This document shows positions 37,398 through 46,212 of a stretch of 46,425 nt of DNA, one piece after another; position 1 is the first letter of the stretch, and each line of letters begins with the position of its first letter. The stretch is taken from positions 1 through 46,425 of the forward strand of contig CAZPJY010000013.1 in assembly GCA_964587045.1 (NCBI GenBank), given 5' to 3'. The notes below the pieces were generated by a model. The model was not told the origin of the DNA. It saw nothing but the letters and a program-made list of their open reading frames with translations, and made no database searches. This stretch comes from an uncultured Methanosarcinales archaeon. GTDB taxonomy: Archaea > Nanobdellota > Nanobdellia > Woesearchaeales > CAZPJY01. The position numbers and the translations under genes were made by a program.

Positions 37398-37865
37398 GTG
37401 CGTAAATTGGTAAAAATTTCATATTTTGCTGTGCTGCTTTTGTTCCTCGCAGGCTGCGCCGCAGACATAGGGGAGCTGTCAGACTTCTCAGAGGCTAACT
37501 TCCGCATCAGCGTGCCTGACTGGGAAACTGATACGCTACACCAGACTCCAGGCGCGAGGGCGGTGCTGGCATTACAGGGTGATCATTGCTCTCTTGGCAT
37601 AAGCTATGCCGACTCTCTTCCTACAGAGTACTTCAACGCAGTCTTTTCGGTGCTCGAGGCGACGTCCGACATCAAGAAGCTTGACCGCATTGACAAGCAG
37701 ATTGATTACGTCGTCCAGTACCAGGGAGGTCAGATGCGGTCGGCTGTTAGGATAGTCGCCTGTAACGGAGGATCCTACGCAGTCAACATCGCCTGCTCAA
37801 GTGACGCGTACAACAAGGCGCTCTTCAGGACGGTTCTCGACTCTGCGGTATGCGAGAAAGATTAA
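37398..37865 (+). CDS. Putative lipoprotein/secreted protein
   Basis: GTG start, basic N-terminus, hydrophobic stretch and LAGC lipobox. Confidence 0.7.
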   Translation: MRKLVKISYFAVLLLFLAGCAADIGELSDFSEANFRISVPDWETDTLHQTPGARAVLALQGDHCSLGISYADSLPTEYFNAVFSVLEATSDIKKLDRIDKQIDYVVQYQGGQMRSAVRIVACNGGSYAVNIACSSDAYNKALFRTVLDSAVCEKD

Positions 37866-37895
37866 TAAATCGTCGGCGACTTCTCCATGCCATCT

Positions 37896-37979
37896 GCCAC
37901 GGTGGCACAATCTGGTACTGCGCCAGCTTGGAGAGCTGGTTTCCTTCGGGATATCCCGGTTCAAATCCGGGCCGTGGCG
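37896..37979 (+). tRNA. tRNA-Ser(GGA)
   Basis: Acceptor stem GCCACGG/CCGTGGC, anticodon arm CCAGC-TTGGAGA-GCTGG, long variable arm, GTTCAAATC; no encoded CCA. Confidence 0.95.
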
Positions 37980-37995
37980 TTTTGAGCTGAGAACC

Positions 37996-38568
37996 ATGAT
38001 ATGGAATGCCAGGAAGCTTCGTACTCTCTCATTGGCTATTCTCGTCGGCGCCTTCTTCGCCTTATGGCTGTTCGTCTTCATAATCTTCGAAGCGAGCAAC
38101 GTAATCAAATACATGGGCATCGAAAACTCCTACATCACGCTGTTCATCATATCCCTGGTCGGAGGATTCACCTCTCTGACTTCTGTTTCCGCCTACCCTG
38201 CCCTGGTTGCTGCAGTGACCGGCGGCCTGCAACCTGTCCTCATAACTTTGGTCGCGGGTGGAGGCCTGATAGTCGGCGACCTCCTCTTCTTCCTGTTTGC
38301 CAAAAGGGTGAGGTTCCTTCTGCCAGAGAAGTACCTTTCGATAATCGAGTCGCGGATCGACCTTGACAGCAAGTATGTGCCGGTGCTTATCTTTGCGTAT
38401 TTTGCTTTCACACCCTTCCCAAACAACGTACTGACAGCGTGGCTCGCGCTGAAGAACTACAAGCTGAGGAGGCTGATTGTGCCCCTCGTACTGGGAGACC
38501 TGACCCTCCCTCTCATAACGACGTGCACTGTCTATTTAGGGATGCATCACTTCATGATGTTATGGTGA
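37996..38568 (+). CDS. DedA/VTT-like membrane protein
   Basis: Several TM segments with GDLLFFLF and FTPFPNN motifs. Confidence 0.65.
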   Translation: MIWNARKLRTLSLAILVGAFFALWLFVFIIFEASNVIKYMGIENSYITLFIISLVGGFTSLTSVSAYPALVAAVTGGLQPVLITLVAGGGLIVGDLLFFLFAKRVRFLLPEKYLSIIESRIDLDSKYVPVLIFAYFAFTPFPNNVLTAWLALKNYKLRRLIVPLVLGDLTLPLITTCTVYLGMHHFMMLW

Positions 38569-38570
38569 GC

Positions 38571-38843
38571 TTAGATTGAATCTCGCTCGCCGACTCTCTC
38601 TGCCAAGGCCACTGTCTCGAGGACTTTTCTGATCTTTATCCTGACATGTTCCCCCTTCTCAGTGTTGGGCACGAACACGGTGTATCCCTCGATATGGACC
38701 AGGCCGTCGCCCTTGTGGCCGACATCCTCAATATCGACTTCGAATGTGTTGCCTGGTGACAGTGAGGGAGCATGGATCCTCTTCTGTGTGCCAGAAGAGG
38801 GTCGTCGCTTTTCCCCTGCATAAAAAACACGCTCGCTCCGCAT
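38571..38843 (-). CDS. TRAM-domain RNA-binding protein
   Basis: EVDIEDVGHKGDGLVHIEGYTVFVPNTEKGEHVRIKI; the start codon is uncertain. Confidence 0.85.
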   Translation of the reverse strand: MRSERVFYAGEKRRPSSGTQKRIHAPSLSPGNTFEVDIEDVGHKGDGLVHIEGYTVFVPNTEKGEHVRIKIRKVLETVALAERVGERDSI

Positions 38844-38852
38844 GAACCCGCC

Positions 38853-39059
38853 TCAGGAAGCCTTGGGCAGCTGCTTAATGTTCTTCCTTATCTGGTTGAG
38901 CTCGAACCTGTAGAAACTGATTTCCCTCAACGCTTGGTGTCGGAGGCTTTCTTCCTCAATAGTCGGGAGCTCCCATTCCAGATGCTCAATGTGCCGGCGC
39001 AACTTGTCAATTCTCGTGTTAACTAGCATACGGTTCATTCTTGCATCACCTGCTGCCAT
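38853..39059 (-). CDS. Small helical hypothetical protein
   Basis: MAAGDARMNRMLVNTRIDKLRRHIEHLEWE..., overlapping the end of the upstream HTH gene; the start is uncertain. Confidence 0.55.
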   Translation of the reverse strand: MAAGDARMNRMLVNTRIDKLRRHIEHLEWELPTIEEESLRHQALREISFYRFELNQIRKNIKQLPKAS

Positions 39060-39447
39060 CGATTCCCCTGGCAACTTCTGTTACATCATCCAAAAGCAAG
39101 TCCACCTCCTTCCTTATCTCTTGGATCGTTCCCTGAAAGGTCCTCATTCTCAGCTCGTACCTCGATCCGTTCTTTATGACGAGACCTGCTTTGATGAGCC
39201 TTTTCAGGTGGTATATGACCGAACCTATCGTCGGCGTCACGAGCTGGGTGAGTTGTTCTGCTGTGAGGCCTGATTCCTCCTTTGCTGACTTCACCAGTTG
39301 TGATAGGATTTGGAAGGCTGTCTCGTTCTTGTCCCTCTTGCCTACGAATCCCAAGCTGCTGCATATCCACCTGATATCTTCTTCTGCCGTGTCTTTGGGC
39401 GGTTCACGGAGTTTTCGTAATGTGTATTGTCTTAATGCTAATGGCAT
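39046..39447 (-). CDS. Winged-helix (ArsR-like) transcriptional regulator
   Basis: LTAEQLTQLVTPTIGSVIYHLKRLIKAGLVIKNGSRYELR wHTH pattern. Confidence 0.8.
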   Translation of the reverse strand: MPLALRQYTLRKLREPPKDTAEEDIRWICSSLGFVGKRDKNETAFQILSQLVKSAKEESGLTAEQLTQLVTPTIGSVIYHLKRLIKAGLVIKNGSRYELRMRTFQGTIQEIRKEVDLLLDDVTEVARGIDGSR

Positions 39448-39554
39448 TTCCAATGTCCTAGGGGTTTACTAGTATTTATATTTTTCTAAAATATTCAAAT
39501 TTAAGTTAAAAATTATATTTTAAATATTATGTTTAATTTTAAGTAGAAAGAATT

Positions 39555-40046
39555 TTACTTACTCCTGATACCCTTTTTGAAAACGTTCCTCACAAAATTT
39601 TTGAGATACCTGCAGTCTGTGGAAGCAGGGTCGACGCGTTTCTCTTCCAAGTACCTACTGTTCAGCGCGATTAAATCCTCAAACGTGCCCACCTCTTGAG
39701 AATAGGCCGGCGGGATCAGCCCCGGCTTGACCTTTAAGGCCTTGTCCTTGAGCTCCTGGGGATAGTCCGCCCACTGCTCTTCTGTCAGGGGGCGCAGACC
39801 AACAAGGGTCATATCGCCACGAGCCCAGTTGAGCAGCTGGGGCAGCTCGTCAATCCAGTACCTGCGAAGGATCCTGCCAAGCCTGGTGATCCTGGGATCA
39901 TCTCTTACCTTGCCGTACTGGTCCCTGCCGCACTGAGCCAGCTTGGCCTCCAGGCCTTCGGAGCCCTCACGCATGGTCCTGAACTTGTAGAGGGTAAATG
40001 TCCTTCCTCCTTTTCCGAGCACTGTTGGCTTGTATAAGATACCCAT
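39555..40046 (-). CDS. Phosphoglycosyl transferase catalytic domain (bacterial sugar transferase, PglC/WbaP-like)
   Basis: YKFRTM and DDPRITRLGRILRRYWIDELPQLLN..GDMTLVGLRP, plus KPGL. Confidence 0.9.
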   Translation of the reverse strand: MGILYKPTVLGKGGRTFTLYKFRTMREGSEGLEAKLAQCGRDQYGKVRDDPRITRLGRILRRYWIDELPQLLNWARGDMTLVGLRPLTEEQWADYPQELKDKALKVKPGLIPPAYSQEVGTFEDLIALNSRYLEEKRVDPASTDCRYLKNFVRNVFKKGIRSK

Positions 40047-40123
40047 CCAGGATGGTTTGAACCGCCAAAATAAAAAAGTATCCCTCCAAAAGCCTTAAAT
40101 AAAACATGGGATGCACCGATTCC

Positions 40124-40396
40124 ATGTTTCAGCTCTACAAGGATTGGCGTGAGAAGCACAAACTCGTCAAGGACATCCGCAGGAACGGATGGTCCATCTA
40201 CGACCACAACTACTCGACCCTTGAGGAAGCGACCGCAAAGCTGCAGAACCTTTACAACTCGATCTACGCTGCAGAGGACTTCAACAAGCGAACGCTGACC
40301 AAGAAGATAGATACCGAACGTTTCCGCGATGGCGCCATGCTGCTCGAGCAGACCGTCGAGGAGGATTTCTTTGCAGCCCTACTAGATATCAAGTGA
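40124..40396 (+). CDS. Hypothetical protein
   Basis: ORF MFQLYKDW...LLDIK after TTAAATAAAA, with typical codon usage; an alternative start exists at 40106. Confidence 0.6.
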   Translation: MFQLYKDWREKHKLVKDIRRNGWSIYDHNYSTLEEATAKLQNLYNSIYAAEDFNKRTLTKKIDTERFRDGAMLLEQTVEEDFFAALLDIK

Positions 40397-40442
40397 TATC
40401 GTCGAAAAGTATTTAAATGGAATTCTGTATCCTCGTCACATC

Positions 40443-40517
40443 GGGCTCGTAGCTCAGCCTGGCTAGAGCAATCGGCTCTTAACCGATAGGTCGGGGGTTC
40501 GAATCCCTCCGGGCCCA
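40443..40517 (+). tRNA. tRNA-Lys(CTT)
   Basis: Acceptor stem GGGCTCG/CGGGCCC, anticodon arm ATCGG-CTCTTAA-CCGAT, GTTCGAATC. Confidence 0.96.
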
Positions 40518-40521
40518 TTCT

Positions 40522-41307
40522 TCACTTCTGCCGATAGATATTTGTGACATCCTCAGGGTCGTCGATTATGGCCGCGAGATGCTTATCAATCGAGAATTGC
40601 ATCGGGAGGAGTGGAAATGAAAATTTGTTGAGATTCCCTGTAATCAAATCAACCATCTTGAACAACATCACCCGCGTCGCATCTTTGTTTACATGGTCAT
40701 ATATGCTAGACCTTCTGGTATCGCTGATGATAAGTATGCCGGACGTTCGCATTCCAATCTCCTTGCCCCTGGCAAAGCAGGCGGCAAGCTCCATCTCGAC
40801 GGTTGTTGGGTTCACATCCTCATATGACTTATGAAGAGGTTGATACGTGACTGAAGGAACAGTTATGTTGGTGCCCGTGATGTACTTCATCCCGCCGGCA
40901 TCTAAGACCTGTTTAACCGTTTCTTGCAGTTCAGGATCAGGCTTATCTGACCCTTCGAATAATCCTTCCTGGTGGTAGGATATTACGGGTACCACAACGC
41001 TTGATACCTCAATATCTCCGAATCCATAAGCATAACCGATGAAGAGCAGGTTCCTGCAACCTCCATCGTACATCTCAGCCATCACGTCCAAGAGCGCAGG
41101 TGCACCGTAGACATTGGTCACAAGAGGTAGCGTCCTCTGGCCCTTCCGAACGAGGTGGGCATGATACACTGAATCCTTACTCGAGAGCACCTCATCAAAT
41201 ATTGAGAGTATCTCCTTTTCCCTGTCAGGTTGAAGGGTACCTGCCAATACGATCCCAACATCACCTATATTATCCCGCCCAAAGAGTTTCTTGGCCCATT
41301 TTCCCAT
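40522..41307 (-). CDS. Nucleoside phosphorylase (PNP/UDP family)
   Basis: YGAP, LLFIGYAYG, VEMELAA and ILIISD motifs. Confidence 0.8.
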   Translation of the reverse strand: MGKWAKKLFGRDNIGDVGIVLAGTLQPDREKEILSIFDEVLSSKDSVYHAHLVRKGQRTLPLVTNVYGAPALLDVMAEMYDGGCRNLLFIGYAYGFGDIEVSSVVVPVISYHQEGLFEGSDKPDPELQETVKQVLDAGGMKYITGTNITVPSVTYQPLHKSYEDVNPTTVEMELAACFARGKEIGMRTSGILIISDTRRSSIYDHVNKDATRVMLFKMVDLITGNLNKFSFPLLPMQFSIDKHLAAIIDDPEDVTNIYRQK

Positions 41308-41346
41308 GTAGGAGAGAGGAAAGTCTCAAGAATAAAAACGTTTCCT

Positions 41347-42177
41347 TCAATACGCGCCGTCATAGCGCTCAAAGAATTTGTACATGTGGGGAGCCTCATT
41401 GGCAATATGTCCGTCGTCCACGCTCACCACGTAGTCGAGAAGTGCGCCGAGGTCGTTTACAAGCCGGCGCTGCAGTCCACCGCTGATTGGGGGGTAGGGG
41501 AAGATGCCGTCAGCCTTCAGCAGCAGGGGTATCTTCATGTGCGCAGCGGCCCCTATCATGAACAGGCTGGGGCGGTCAAGCCTGCTTCCCTGGGGGAAAT
41601 GCGCGACGATGAGGTCATACTCTCCGATGTGCTTGTAGTCCTCGATGATATCAGGCGACCTGAGCCTTATGTCCTTGTCAGGCCTGAGCTTGGATGCGAA
41701 TTCCATCATCCTGCCAAGCCCTCTCTTGATCGTCCCGCAGGCATAGACTGTTTTTATCTGATCCAGGTTCTCGGCGTATGTTCTGACAGGTTTCTCCTTG
41801 ATCTTGAACCTGTGAAGGAAGGGTATCAGCTCGTTTTCTATAGAACTGAAATACCGGTCTGATATGAACTGGAGCAAGCGCTGGTGCTCCTTGTTGCCAC
41901 CGTTCTCGTCAGCTGTGATTATGCGCCTGCCGCTCGCGTAGGCTGCGCCCAACTCGACAAAGGTCATGACTCCAGGCTGATTGCCCTTGGGAAAGCAGGC
42001 CACGACAGTCGAGCAGCGCGTGGCCGCTTCGAGGTCGTCAGAATTGGTCGCGTACATGGCGTGCTGCCGGTTGTTGCGCGGGTCTGACATCGGGACTCCG
42101 GGCAACGCCTCAATTATCTTGTCGCGAAAGCCCGTGAAGCTTCCTGCTAAGTAGACGCTTCCTGAGATTGGTGCCAT
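41347..42177 (-). CDS. Protein with two nucleoside 2-deoxyribosyltransferase-like domains
   Basis: Domain 1 has VYLAGSF...SDPR...DLEAA...GVMTFVELGAAYASGR. Domain 2 has VYACG...EDYKHIGEYDLIVAHFP...SLFMIGAAAHMKIP. Confidence 0.7.
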   Translation of the reverse strand: MAPISGSVYLAGSFTGFRDKIIEALPGVPMSDPRNNRQHAMYATNSDDLEAATRCSTVVACFPKGNQPGVMTFVELGAAYASGRRIITADENGGNKEHQRLLQFISDRYFSSIENELIPFLHRFKIKEKPVRTYAENLDQIKTVYACGTIKRGLGRMMEFASKLRPDKDIRLRSPDIIEDYKHIGEYDLIVAHFPQGSRLDRPSLFMIGAAAHMKIPLLLKADGIFPYPPISGGLQRRLVNDLGALLDYVVSVDDGHIANEAPHMYKFFERYDGAY

Positions 42178-42209
42178 CGAGGTCCCGACCAAGAAGGTAT
42201 ATTTAAGTT

Positions 42210-42965
42210 TTACTGCATGAGGACGAGGGTTGTCACCACGATTCCCATTCCGATGAGGAACGCCAGGGTCACGCGGTGCCCTGCTCCGTTGCAGTATTCG
42301 TGAGCGGCCGGTATGAGCTCGTCGATGCTTATGAAGACCATGATTCCGGCAACGAAAGCAAGCAACCACATGATCCCGAACGGGCCAAGCATGGTGCCTA
42401 AGAAGAGTATGCCGAACAGCGCGCCGATAGGCTCAAGCAATCCGGAGAGCGCAGAGTAGAGGAAGGCCTTCTTCCTGCCGAAACCTGCCGCCAAGAGAGG
42501 GACAGACACTGAGATGCCCTCAGGTATGTTGTGCATGGCTATCGCGACGGCCAACAGGATGCCTGTCTCTAAGGATTCGAGCCCTCCTGCGAAAACGGCA
42601 AAACCTTCAGGGAAGTTGTGGATGGCGATGCCCAGCACCATCAGGATGCCAGTCTTCCTGAATTTCTTGCTCATCTTGCACTCATGTTCTGCCGCGTACT
42701 CGTGGGGGATCAGCGCGTCTATTATCCACATGACGAGCATGCCTATGAAGAAAGCAAGGGACGCCTGCAGCAGGCCGATGTCCATTATGCTTTGGGGAAG
42801 CAGCTCAAAGAAAGACACTCCCAGCATGACCCCTGCTGAGAAGCTGAGAGTGAGGACCACAATCCTGTCCGTCATCACCTTGATGAAGAACACCAACAGG
42901 CTGCCTATGATAGTGGACATCCCCGCGCCGAGGGCCAGCAGGAATATCAGAAAGGCATTCTCCAT
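42210..42965 (-). CDS. zupT: ZIP-family metal transporter (ZupT-like)
   Basis: FSAGVML, IAIHNFPEG, IAMHNIPEG and DELIP motifs. Confidence 0.92.
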   Translation of the reverse strand: MENAFLIFLLALGAGMSTIIGSLLVFFIKVMTDRIVVLTLSFSAGVMLGVSFFELLPQSIMDIGLLQASLAFFIGMLVMWIIDALIPHEYAAEHECKMSKKFRKTGILMVLGIAIHNFPEGFAVFAGGLESLETGILLAVAIAMHNIPEGISVSVPLLAAGFGRKKAFLYSALSGLLEPIGALFGILFLGTMLGPFGIMWLLAFVAGIMVFISIDELIPAAHEYCNGAGHRVTLAFLIGMGIVVTTLVLMQ

Positions 42966-42998
42966 AGGCTTACGAAAACCAAAGGGGGTATAAAAAGG

Positions 42999-43325
42999 TT
43001 ACTTTACCTCGAAAGCTATGTACTTATCAGAAGGACCAAGTAAATCCAGAGTCCTCTTGATGATGTCCTCTACCGTCGGAACAGTCGGATTAATCAGCTT
43101 GAAATCCACCTCAAAGAATATCTTATCCAGATCGCCCACTATGACCTTGCCTATGCTCCCCCATATGCTCTTGCCTGAGTAGCCTTTCCGGAGCTCAACT
43201 TCCCTTCCAGGGTAGACGTGCTTGTCAGTCCATCTTCTGCCATAACGCCTGAGCTCGAACCTCTTTTCTCCCGATTCGAACCATTCGAACGGCCCGGTTT
43301 TGAGGGGAACAAATAGCCTATCCAT
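42999..43325 (-). CDS. ASCH/PUA-like domain protein
   Basis: GEKRFELR (GxKxxExR) and the C-terminal YIAFEV. Confidence 0.75.
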   Translation of the reverse strand: MDRLFVPLKTGPFEWFESGEKRFELRRYGRRWTDKHVYPGREVELRKGYSGKSIWGSIGKVIVGDLDKIFFEVDFKLINPTVPTVEDIIKRTLDLLGPSDKYIAFEVK

Positions 43326-43362
43326 CAGAAGGGAGGAGAATTGATAATATAAAAAATTATCA

Positions 43363-44583
43363 TTAAATTCCATCAATGGCTTTGGCAATCCTCTCGAGCG
43401 CCAGTATGTAGGCCGCCGTCCTCATAGGCACCTTGTAGTTGTCGTGGCGGGCGTAGACCTCCTTGAACTGGGACTTCATCTGCTTTTCGAGCCTCTCTTC
43501 GACCTCTTCGGCTGTCCAGGACTCTCCTGCCTTGTTCTGCACCCATTCCAGGTAGCTCACGAAGACCCCGCCTGAGTTGGCCAGGATGTCTGGTATGACC
43601 ATCACGCCGTTCTTTTCGAGGATTTCGTCTGCGCCGATGGCTGTCGGGCCGTTGGCCACCTCGACGACCATCTTCGCCTTGATCTTATTGGCGTTCTTCT
43701 CCGTGATCTGGTCCTCAAGCGCTGCGGGCACTATGATATCTGCGTCCAGCTCGAGGAGCTCCTCGTTGGTGATGGTCTTGGCCCCTTTGAGCTTGGTCAC
43801 CGAGCCCTCCTTTTTCTTGACTGCCATGGCCTCTTCAGGGTGTATTGCCTTGGCGGTGATGCCTCCCTTGGAGTCAGAGACGCCTATTATGGTGAAGCCC
43901 TCTGCGTGCAGCATCTGGGCGAGGTTGTAGCCTGCGTTTCCGTAGCCTTGGATTGCGACCGTCAGTTTCTTGTTGAGCTTCAGCGCCTTGACCGCCTCCT
44001 TGATGACAAAGAACGCGCCCTTTGCTGTAGCCGTGTCTCTGCCCTGGCTGCCCCCTATGGAAAGAGGCTTGCCGGTGATGAAAGCAGGGGTCTTCTTGCC
44101 CGCGATGCGGTCGTACTCGTCGCTCATCCACGCCATGACCTGCGCGTCGGTGTAGACGTCAGGCGCCGGGATGTCCCGGTCAGGTCCCACGAAGCCGTAG
44201 AAGGCTCGGACGAATCCGCGACTGAGCCGCTCTTTTTCGTCAATGGAAAGCTTCCTCGGGTCGACTATCACGCCGCCCTTGCCCCCGCCCAGAGGTATGT
44301 CAATCACCGCGTTCTTGAAGGTCATCCAGAAGGCCAGCGCCTCCACCTCGTCCAGGCTGACGTTTGGGTGGTACCTGATGCCCCCCTTGGTAGGGCCGCG
44401 CGCGTCGTTGTAGTGGACGCGGAAGGCCTGGAAGGTCCTCAGCTTGCCGTCGTCCATCCTGACCGGGATGTTCGCTGCTAAATATTCCTTGGGCGATGCG
44501 AGGATGGTCTTGACATCGTCGCTCACCTTGATGTGCTTCATCGCCTTTGCAAGCTGCGCTTGCGCGTTATCGAAGAGTGTCAT
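43363..44583 (-). CDS. gdhA: Glutamate dehydrogenase (Glu/Leu/Phe/Val family)
   Basis: KGGIRYHP, GGGKGG, DIPAPDV, IQGYGNAG and PDILANSGGV. Confidence 0.95.
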   Translation of the reverse strand: MTLFDNAQAQLAKAMKHIKVSDDVKTILASPKEYLAANIPVRMDDGKLRTFQAFRVHYNDARGPTKGGIRYHPNVSLDEVEALAFWMTFKNAVIDIPLGGGKGGVIVDPRKLSIDEKERLSRGFVRAFYGFVGPDRDIPAPDVYTDAQVMAWMSDEYDRIAGKKTPAFITGKPLSIGGSQGRDTATAKGAFFVIKEAVKALKLNKKLTVAIQGYGNAGYNLAQMLHAEGFTIIGVSDSKGGITAKAIHPEEAMAVKKKEGSVTKLKGAKTITNEELLELDADIIVPAALEDQITEKNANKIKAKMVVEVANGPTAIGADEILEKNGVMVIPDILANSGGVFVSYLEWVQNKAGESWTAEEVEERLEKQMKSQFKEVYARHDNYKVPMRTAAYILALERIAKAIDGI

Positions 44584-44646
44584 GCTATCACCTTGGTTGT
44601 GATAAAAAGTTTCACAGACATTCTATTAATTACTGGTGTTGAAGGG

Positions 44647-45546
44647 TTAAACCCTCCGTTTAGACCGCTTCTTCGCCGCTGCCAAGAGGTCCTTTTTGTA
44701 CACCATGGTCCTGTAGGGGAACGGAATCTCGACTCCCTCCCTGTCAAAGCGCTTCTTCACGGACTCGAGAATATCGCAGCCGATGCCGAATGCCTTGCCC
44801 ATGTTGTCAGCCCAGAAGTAGAGCCTAAGGGTGACAGCGAAGTCGCCGAGGTTGGTGACCCTGACCCTGACCTTCTCCTTCCCTGCCTTCTTGTCCTCCT
44901 CGTCGCGCTTGTCCAGGACGTCGGGGTGCTTGAGGGCCTCCTGTATTATTATCTTCCTCGCCTTGTCGATGTCTGCGTCGTAGGCTATCCCGAACTCGAT
45001 GGTCTTGTAGAAGTCGTCGTCGATTATCGAGTGGTTCACGATGTCCTTGTCGTCCATGGAGGAGTTGGGTATGACAATGCGGATGTTGTCCCATGTCTTG
45101 AGGATGGTGTGCCTGAGCGTGAGGTCCTCGACCTTGCCTGTGTAGTCCCCTACCTTAATGAGGTCTCCGACGCTGTAGGGTCTGAAGATGGTGATGAATA
45201 TGCCGCTTATGATGTTTGAGAAGGCCTTCTGCGAGGCGAAGCCTATGATCATCGCGAACACGCCAGCGCCGGCCAGCAGCGATATCGAGGCCATTTTGAG
45301 CTGGGGGATGGTCGACGCCGCGACGACGAGGCCGAGTATGTAGATGCCGGCAGTCAGTATGTTGGTGACCATCTTGAATTTGGTCGCGTCCACATGCAAC
45401 TTCTTCGAAGTGCGCTTGAAGTAGTGCTGCATCGCCACCCGCATTACCTTCACCAAGATGGAAGTGACGATGAGTATGAGGACCACCTTGATGATGTGCC
45501 AGAAGATGACCTCAGAGTTCTGTAAGATAGGATCCCACACTGCCAT
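44647..45546 (-). CDS. Mechanosensitive channel, MscS family
   Basis: IGFASQKAFSNIISG, RPYSVGD, IPNS and EIPFP. Confidence 0.93.
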   Translation of the reverse strand: MAVWDPILQNSEVIFWHIIKVVLILIVTSILVKVMRVAMQHYFKRTSKKLHVDATKFKMVTNILTAGIYILGLVVAASTIPQLKMASISLLAGAGVFAMIIGFASQKAFSNIISGIFITIFRPYSVGDLIKVGDYTGKVEDLTLRHTILKTWDNIRIVIPNSSMDDKDIVNHSIIDDDFYKTIEFGIAYDADIDKARKIIIQEALKHPDVLDKRDEEDKKAGKEKVRVRVTNLGDFAVTLRLYFWADNMGKAFGIGCDILESVKKRFDREGVEIPFPYRTMVYKKDLLAAAKKRSKRRV

Positions 45547-45630
45547 ACTTTTTGGGGAGGGATGGGCGGTTTATAAATTTTGTCCTGTGAAAAGGTTTAA
45601 AAAGGGCGGGTCTTTCCTCCTCCCTGCACC

Positions 45631-45705
45631 GCCCCGCTGGTGTAGTCCGGCCAATCATATTGCCCTCTCGAGGCAATGACAGGGGTTCGAATCCCCTGCG
45701 GGGCA
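45631..45705 (+). tRNA. tRNA-Glu(CTC)
   Basis: Acceptor stem GCCCCGC/GCGGGGC, anticodon arm TTGCC-CTCTCGA-GGCAA, GTTCGAATC. Confidence 0.96.
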
Positions 45706-45825
45706 TGGTTTTTTATTTCCATGTCCAGGGAGTGAAGTGTCGACAAAGATTATAGCAATTTCTAAAGTTCCCGGACGGGGCATCATTTTTTTGTGTATGT
45801 TTAGGGAGTAAATGGGGGTGAAAGA

Positions 45826-46212
45826 ATGCCTGAACAAGGACGGTTATTCTGCAACGAGTGCGGAGCCACCATAAATAGGGATGAGTTCTTCTATTCTAAG
45901 GAACATTTTGGTAGGCCACTCTGTAGAGATCATCAAGCTGAAGAACGGAAAGCAAAAAAGCAACCAACAAGTGAAGGAGATGCCGGAGATGTCGTTAAAA
46001 AGACCACAGAAGGTGTCGGTAACCTAATTGAGCAACTTTTTACCATAGGAGGTATCGGATTGGTGTTCGTTGGTTTGGGCTTTGTTGGAATCATTCTCAC
46101 CTTAATATTCCTAAGGAAAGATCCCTCTTTCCTCTATGTCCTCGGAGTTTCTACGCTTATCCTTATTATTGGAGGCATTATGAAATACAAGGATGAAACT
46201 AAGAAAAAATGA
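45826..46212 (+). CDS. Hypothetical membrane protein with N-terminal CxxC...CxxH zinc-binding motif
   Basis: FCNECG...PLCRDHQ followed by two TM segments; GGGGGTG SD; AT-richer codons. Confidence 0.7.
   Translation: MPEQGRLFCNECGATINRDEFFYSKEHFGRPLCRDHQAEERKAKKQPTSEGDAGDVVKKTTEGVGNLIEQLFTIGGIGLVFVGLGFVGIILTLIFLRKDPSFLYVLGVSTLILIIGGIMKYKDETKKK

Noticed and set aside
39455..39556. Replication origin (DUE)
   Set aside because: No ORB-like repeats and no adjacent cdc6/orc1 gene are visible.
21556..43388. 5'-extended track ORFs (21556, 22653, 22747, 32912, 37801, 42369, 43388)
   Set aside because: The extensions overlap neighbouring genes, promoters or a tRNA; downstream starts fit TATA/SD spacing and domain boundaries better.
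40264..45837. ORFs antisense to tRNAs (40264-40518, 45512-45706, 45655-45837)
   Set aside because: They are typical tRNA antisense translations (MGPEGFEPPT, MPRRGFEPLS), not proteins.
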